This document shows positions 59,013 to 64,000 of a DNA stretch of 64,000 nt, one piece after another. The notes under the pieces were generated by a model that did no database searches, was not told the origin of the DNA, and saw nothing but the letters and a program-made list of their open reading frames with translations. Numbering within the stretch: position 1 is the stretch's first letter; the number at the start of each line of letters is the position of its first letter. Origin of the DNA: a bacterium (lineage in GTDB: Archaea; Thermoplasmatota; E2; JACPAO01; JAHFTW01); assembly GCA_040390065.1 (NCBI GenBank), contig JAZJZE010000005.1, forward strand, positions 373,170 through 437,169, written 5' to 3'. Both the position numbers and the translations under genes were made by a program.

Positions 59013-59735
59013 CTACCTGACCTTGTAGTACGTCGCATTCAGCTTCGACTCGTACTTCGGCCGGTGCCTCTGGAAGAACCAGAACGCGATGAACGTGCAC
59101 AGCAGGGTCTGATGCAACGTGACGAGGCCGAGGATGTTGATGAGTTCGCTCGAGGTGTGGATGATGTTGGATTCCAGCAGCCAATGGATATGACCATGCA
59201 AGGGCTGCACCTCGTAGGCGAAGAGAATGTCGAAGATCGCGGTGACGGAGAGCCACCACACGAGGGCTAAGCCGAAGACGCCCATGGCGGCATTGGTCGG
59301 CGATTCGACGGGGCGGCGTGCTTTGCCTTTGCCGAAGAACGGAATGAACATCGGCCCGAGGACGATGACGTTGACGAGGATGGTGCCGAGGAACTTGGTG
59401 TCGATGAGCGGGTTCGGCAGGAACGGCAGGCCCGGGTTCGGGATGGGCCACTTGGACAGCACGATGGGGCCCAGGGACCACAGGAGGTACCAGTCGGGTT
59501 TGACGTACTTCGGGGGCTTGGACATGTCGTAGTGCGGGTGCAGCGGCGGCGGCACGATGGAGATGAGGAGGAAGATCGTCGCGCACATGAACGCGATGAT
59601 GGCGCCGTCGCGAATGAGTTCGTCTCCGAGGCTGATGCCTTCGACGGCCTTCTGGCGCTTCGGCGGGCCGCGAGCGGCTTCCATGCGGGCCTTGGTGGCC
59701 ACGTAGAGGTTGGTGAGCTCCTTCATTCGTCCCAT
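59013..59735 (-). CDS. Cytochrome b/b6 C-terminal subunit (subunit IV-like)
   Basis: KPDWYLLW (PEWY equivalent), RRPVESP, several TMs. Confidence 0.85.
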   Translation of the reverse strand: MGRMKELTNLYVATKARMEAARGPPKRQKAVEGISLGDELIRDGAIIAFMCATIFLLISIVPPPLHPHYDMSKPPKYVKPDWYLLWSLGPIVLSKWPIPNPGLPFLPNPLIDTKFLGTILVNVIVLGPMFIPFFGKGKARRPVESPTNAAMGVFGLALVWWLSVTAIFDILFAYEVQPLHGHIHWLLESNIIHTSSELINILGLVTLHQTLLCTFIAFWFFQRHRPKYESKLNATYYKVR

Positions 59736-59743
59736 AAGTCACC

Positions 59744-60589
59744 TCAGTGCGGTTCCGCCATCCCTTGCAGCCAGACGATGAACATGTGCATGACCATGAG
59801 GCCGAACAGGATGAACGGCAGGATCCACACATGCAGGATGTACATGCGTGGAATCAGGTTGCTGTTGATGTTCTGTCCGCCAAACATGAGGCGGGCGGCG
59901 TAGTCGCCGATGATGGGGATGGAGCCGAACATGTTTTGGCCGATGGTGGCGGCGGCGATGGACAGTTGGTCAGCGGGCAGGAGGTAGCCGGAGTACGCGA
60001 AGAAGAACGTGATGCCAAGCAGCGTCACGCCGAGGACCCAGTTGAGTTCGCGGGGCTTCTTGTAGGCGCCCACGAAGTAGACGCGCATCATGTGCAGGAA
60101 GACGCAGGCGACCATGAGGTGGGCGCCCCAGTGGTGGACACCTCTCAGGATGTAGCCGAGCGTCACCTTCTCCATGATGAACTGGACCGATTCTCTGGCT
60201 TCGAATGCTTCTTGCGGGACGTAGTTGGGAACGTAGTACAGTGCCAGGACGACGCCCGAGATGGTGAGGATGATGAAGGCGATGAAGGCGAGGCCGCCGA
60301 GGCAGTAGAGCGGGTACCAGTACCAGATCGTGCGCAGCTTGTAGCGCTCCGTGTGGCTGCGGGGCAGTTGTCGCTGGATGGACAGGGCCGCCGCCTTGGC
60401 CGCATCGACGTGGTTGCGGATGCGGATGGAGTCGTCGAGGTACGCGAGCGTCATGAGGTAGAAGCGGGCGATGAAGCCGAGGCGCTTCTCCTTCGCCAGT
60501 TTCTCGTAGGCGCGCTTTCCTTGCTTGTGTGGGCGGCTGGGGTCGCCGGAGGCTGTCGTGATGGGCGGCTCGGGGGCCTCGTCGCTCAT
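59744..60589 (-). CDS. petB: Cytochrome b6-like N-terminal subunit
   Basis: YCLGG, SGVVLALYY, RGVHHWGAH, LHMMRVY, PRELNW, GYLLP, ILHVWILP, HMFIV. Confidence 0.92.
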   Translation of the reverse strand: MSDEAPEPPITTASGDPSRPHKQGKRAYEKLAKEKRLGFIARFYLMTLAYLDDSIRIRNHVDAAKAAALSIQRQLPRSHTERYKLRTIWYWYPLYCLGGLAFIAFIILTISGVVLALYYVPNYVPQEAFEARESVQFIMEKVTLGYILRGVHHWGAHLMVACVFLHMMRVYFVGAYKKPRELNWVLGVTLLGITFFFAYSGYLLPADQLSIAAATIGQNMFGSIPIIGDYAARLMFGGQNINSNLIPRMYILHVWILPFILFGLMVMHMFIVWLQGMAEPH

Positions 60590-61398
60590 GCGGAGGACTC
60601 CCAGGAATAGTCCTTGGGCTTGACCAGGTGGTCGGCCTTGCGCAGCTTGAAGGCGCTGCCGGGCGAGGAGCGGTCGGCGTCGCGGTAGGCGAGTTGCGCC
60701 AATGTCTCGACGCCGATGAGGGCGTTCTTTGCGGCGGGGATCTTGAGGGCCTCGTCGCCGGGGTAGTTCGCCACGACGTTGAAGCGGATGACGTTGAGGG
60801 GGGCCGGCGGCGGCGTGCCCGGGACATTCAGCGCCAGGTTGTGGATGTCATATTGGCCGCCGTGGCACGGGCACAGGATGCGGCCGTCGTTGACGCCGTC
60901 GCCGTCGTAGTCCTCGACGTCCAGGCTGCCGCCGTAGCCGCCGTTCCACCCGACGGTGCAGCCGAGGTGCTTGCACTTGCCGACGTAGGCGAGGACCGCG
61001 TGCTTGGCGTCGCCAGGGACTTCCACGGCGTGCTGGGCGGTATTGAAGCCGCGCGTCTGCGACGATCCGCGCAGGACGTCGACGCGGACCTTGTACGCGA
61101 TGGCCGGCAGGAACGAGTATTCGCCGACGAACGGGTTGTTTCCCGGCTGCTCCGCCAAGTCCTCGATGGTGACGGGGATCTTCGCGTTGCTCTTGGGGTC
61201 GCGCTTGATGATGGGTCCGGGGCCGCCGCCGGACAGCGCTGCGGGCGCGACGGATGGCAGGAGCTGCGTCAGCAGGCCCGGGATGACGGCGCCGGCCACG
61301 GCGAAGCGCACGGTATTGCGGATGAACTCGCGGCGCGACAGGATGGACTCCTTCTTCGGCGGCATGCCGGGCAGTGGCGGCGAAACGGCGTCAGGCAT
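60586..61398 (-). CDS. Rieske 2Fe-2S protein, Tat-exported
   Basis: SRREFI Tat motif; CKHLGC and CPCHGG. Confidence 0.92.
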   Translation of the reverse strand: MPDAVSPPLPGMPPKKESILSRREFIRNTVRFAVAGAVIPGLLTQLLPSVAPAALSGGGPGPIIKRDPKSNAKIPVTIEDLAEQPGNNPFVGEYSFLPAIAYKVRVDVLRGSSQTRGFNTAQHAVEVPGDAKHAVLAYVGKCKHLGCTVGWNGGYGGSLDVEDYDGDGVNDGRILCPCHGGQYDIHNLALNVPGTPPPAPLNVIRFNVVANYPGDEALKIPAAKNALIGVETLAQLAYRDADRSSPGSAFKLRKADHLVKPKDYSWESSA

Positions 61399-61801
61399 GC
61401 AACTGGACTCCCTCATCTTCCCATTTCCTGAACCGCTTCTTGTAGATCGTGACGTGGTCCTTGAAGTAGCGCTGGTACAGGAAAATCATCCAGAACAGGC
61501 AGAAGAAAGTCATCGAGATCCAGAACGAGATGATGGTCTGCTCGTTCTTGAACATCGTTCCAAGCGGCGCGTTGTCGATTGCCGGGTCGTGGCCCGCGGC
61601 ATTGTTGGCGTCCGGGATCACGGGGTCAGCCGATGGGTCGGAGATGAGGTCCTGCCACAGGGCCGATGCGATGAGGCCGAAGAAGATGAGTTGGATGAGA
61701 AACAGTGCGAGGATCATCGCGCCCACGATGGCGGGTCGCGGCGCCGGCGTGCGGCGGACCACGACTCCGGGCGTCTTCCCCGTCTGGATCTCGAGGCCCA
61801 A
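61391..61801 (-). CDS. Small membrane protein of the bc operon
   Basis: Two TMs, GGTGA RBS, overlaps the Rieske start. Confidence 0.65.
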   Translation of the reverse strand: MGLEIQTGKTPGVVVRRTPAPRPAIVGAMILALFLIQLIFFGLIASALWQDLISDPSADPVIPDANNAAGHDPAIDNAPLGTMFKNEQTIISFWISMTFFCLFWMIFLYQRYFKDHVTIYKKRFRKWEDEGVQLHA

Positions 61802-61805
61802 CGAT

Positions 61806-62555
61806 TCACCGGTCCTTTTGGTCCGTGTTGTGAGGTGTCACGTACTTGAGGTACACGTAGCCCGCGACCATGACGAAGATCATGCCCGCGAGGCCGATGA
61901 GGCCAATCCAGTACTGCTGCAGGCTGATGCCGAACTGCACTTCCTTGACTTCAGCGGGGGCCCCGGCGACGGCCCCCTCCGGCCCAGCCAGTGACGGGTC
62001 GGCCCGGTACACCTTGTCGCCCGGGTCATTCCCGAGGTCGCCGTTGACGTCGTTGACGAAGATGTCAAAGACGACCGGGCCGGCATCGGGGGCCGCCCAG
62101 TTCACGGACCAGCGCGTCGCCGATGCGGCTTTGTGGGTCGCCTGGGACTGGTCGGTAGAGACCTGGACGTTCGGGTCGGAGCCGACCAACAGCTTCCCGG
62201 CCGTCGCGCGCAGGTTGAAGCCCGCGTGGTTGTCCTTGTCGGAGAACTGTTCATCGACGAGAGTCACGTTGATCGTGTACGTCTTGCCTTTTTCGTATGC
62301 GTTGCCCACGAGCGGTTGGCCGGCGTCCGTAATGGACACCTGGAGCTTGTCGGCTCCGCCTGCCGCGAACTTGTTGTCGCCGTGGCAGTGCGTGCACCCC
62401 TTGGCGGCAAAGTCGCCCGGGTAATCGCCCGTGTCCTTGAACATCCCTGAGGAATGGCCGAGCCCAGTGGGGGCGACAAAGAGCGTGGCGGCCACGGCGA
62501 ACAGCCCCAGGACGACCCAGGGACCTGCCCGGTGGACACCAGGAGAAAGGCTCAC
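61806..62555 (-). CDS. Membrane-anchored CxxCH / Reeler-like (choice-of-anchor V-like) protein
   Basis: Signal peptide, GCTHCHG, GFNL, WSVNWAAP, C-terminal TM; TTATAT about 25-30 nt upstream of GTG 62555. Confidence 0.7.
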   Translation of the reverse strand: MSLSPGVHRAGPWVVLGLFAVAATLFVAPTGLGHSSGMFKDTGDYPGDFAAKGCTHCHGDNKFAAGGADKLQVSITDAGQPLVGNAYEKGKTYTINVTLVDEQFSDKDNHAGFNLRATAGKLLVGSDPNVQVSTDQSQATHKAASATRWSVNWAAPDAGPVVFDIFVNDVNGDLGNDPGDKVYRADPSLAGPEGAVAGAPAEVKEVQFGISLQQYWIGLIGLAGMIFVMVAGYVYLKYVTPHNTDQKDR

Positions 62556-62674
62556 GGTCGCGCCCAAAGCCGGCTCGGATATAAGCGGTGCGACCAGCGG
62601 TGCGCCAGGAGGTCCGACCAACGCTCGGCGCTGCGTGAAAAGCGCTAAGAGAGCACCCTGTCTCGGCCGCTTGC

Positions 62675-62932
62675 ATGGCAGAGACCGAGCGCCGCTCCAA
62701 GCCCCGTAAAGTGGAGCCCAAGGAAGACGAAGAGACCGAACCGAAAGGCCACGGCCTCGTGCTGCTTGCGTACCTCGTCGCCTCCGTCGCGGTCATCGAG
62801 GTCATGTTCGTGGTCGCCTCGTTCCTTTCGGCCGGCAAGGCCGACAACATGGTCCTCTACGTCCTTGGCGCGACCGCTCTCGTCTCGGCCATCCTCTTCG
62901 CGGCGGGCAAGTTCATCGGCCGCAAGAAGTGA
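62675..62932 (+). CDS. Small two-TM membrane protein
   Basis: Two hydrophobic helices, host codon usage. Confidence 0.6.
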   Translation: MAETERRSKPRKVEPKEDEETEPKGHGLVLLAYLVASVAVIEVMFVVASFLSAGKADNMVLYVLGATALVSAILFAAGKFIGRKK

Positions 62933-63261
62933 AGGCCGACCGCATCCCTGACATCTCGCGCATGGTGCCGCGCCACACCGTCGTCGAATGGAAGGAGGAG
63001 GCGGGCCGCGTCGTCGTGCTGAAGAAGCGCAAGGGAACCATCCGGCCGCGCCTGCTGCGCATCTTTGGCGTCCCGCCCATGCTGCGCGTCAACCTCGATC
63101 CCCTGGGGTCGGAGGTGTGGCGTCTCATCGACGGCGCCCGCACGGTCGCCGCCATCAAGGCCGCATTGGAGGCGAAGTTCCCCGACGAATCTCAGATGGC
63201 GCAGCGGCTGGGCCATTTCTTCGGCATCATGGTGTCGAAGGGCTTGGTCGAGCTGGGCTAA
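62929..63261 (+). CDS. PqqD-like (RRE/wHTH) protein
   Basis: LDPLGSEVWRLIDGARTVAAI...L...F. Confidence 0.75.
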   Translation: MKADRIPDISRMVPRHTVVEWKEEAGRVVVLKKRKGTIRPRLLRIFGVPPMLRVNLDPLGSEVWRLIDGARTVAAIKAALEAKFPDESQMAQRLGHFFGIMVSKGLVELG

Positions 63262-63845
63262 CACACGCGGTATTCGAACTGCGCCGTGCCGTCGATGGTG
63301 GCGGTGCTGATGGTGTTCGCGTTGCCGTCGAGGTTGGTCTCCCACTGCGCATCGAAGACCAAGGCGGTCGGCGTCGGCGGCGACGGCGGCTGCGACAAGC
63401 GGATCTCCAGGAGCGGGTGGGCTTCGCCGGGGCCGTACGTGAAGTGGTACTGTCCCGTGTTCTTGGCGCTCGGCGCTCCCTTGGCCATGTCGTAGGCGAG
63501 AAGCGGCACGTGGTTGTCGGCGCGGTAGAAACTGAGGGTCAGCCGGCTGTCCAGGGCGCGGATCACTTGTTGGCGGCTGGCGTTGTACGAACTGGCGCCG
63601 TCGAAATGCATGTAGTAGACGTCAATCGGATGCCCGCTGTCCGTCAAGGTCACGTCGGGATTGAGCGTCTCGTTCGTGGGATTGTTGGGCAGGCGTTCGT
63701 CGAGGTCCCAGTGCACGCCGCTGTGGCCCAAACCCACTTGCCAGCCTGGGCACGTCTGGCCATGCGAGGTCGTGCCGTCGGTGCCGCCACTGCATCCCGC
63801 CAGTCCGGAGAGGAGGAGCAAGACAGCGAACGGGCGCAGGAACAT
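63258..63845 (-). CDS. Lipoprotein, hypothetical
   Basis: Lipobox LAGC; ends YRVC. Confidence 0.7.
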   Translation of the reverse strand: MFLRPFAVLLLLSGLAGCSGGTDGTTSHGQTCPGWQVGLGHSGVHWDLDERLPNNPTNETLNPDVTLTDSGHPIDVYYMHFDGASSYNASRQQVIRALDSRLTLSFYRADNHVPLLAYDMAKGAPSAKNTGQYHFTYGPGEAHPLLEIRLSQPPSPPTPTALVFDAQWETNLDGNANTISTATIDGTAQFEYRVC

Positions 63846-63887
63846 GCACAGGCGGACGATGGCGTCCCTCTTTTGGCTTTCGCCGCG

Positions 63888-64000
63888 CTAGACGTCGGCG
63901 CCGCAGACCCGGTAATGGTACGTGATGGTGTACTGGACCGCGGCACTTCCGTTGCCTTCCAGGCTCCAGCGCAACTCGACGGGGGCCGGCCGTTGCGCCT
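63888..64000 (-). CDS. 3' end of a probable paralog of the 63258 lipoprotein (runs off the right edge)
   Basis: Manual translation ...VELRWSLEGNGSAAVQYTITYHYRVCGADV*. Confidence 0.55.
   Translation of the reverse strand, partial: AQRPAPVELRWSLEGNGSAAVQYTITYHYRVCGADV

Overview
GC-rich, probably archaeal DNA; Thermoplasmatota-like is my inference, from GGTGA/GGAGG ribosome-binding sites, TATA boxes about 25-30 nt before start codons, membrane-anchored wHTH proteins, a split cytochrome b and an archaeal-type tyrosine recombinase. Four blocks. (1) 1-13 kb: housekeeping genes (fumC, icd, thioesterase, DUF72) plus three paralogous secreted-domain/TM/wHTH proteins. (2) 13-28.5 kb: a dense ArsR/SRPBCC/VOC/MFS/EamA stress-resistance cluster. 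(3) About 28.6-59.0 kb: a visibly less GC-biased island ending in a truncated tyrosine recombinase. It carries a wHTH-PIN-RES operon, a HEAT-repeat gene and a nucleotide-sugar operon with an embedded kinase. Its main cargo is two convergent, translationally coupled operons (32.7-46.7 kb) encoding a MIT-domain Vps4/CdvC-type AAA ATPase, three ESCRT-III-like proteins (two with MIM1-like tails), two divergent tubulin/FtsZ(CetZ)-like GTPases, six membrane or surface proteins and a membrane-anchored nuclease. This is a candidate mobile ESCRT-plus-tubulin membrane-remodelling machine. (4) 59-64 kb: a Rieske/cytochrome b operon headed by a CxxCH Reeler-like membrane protein. All calls come from motif reading by eye; no searches were run.
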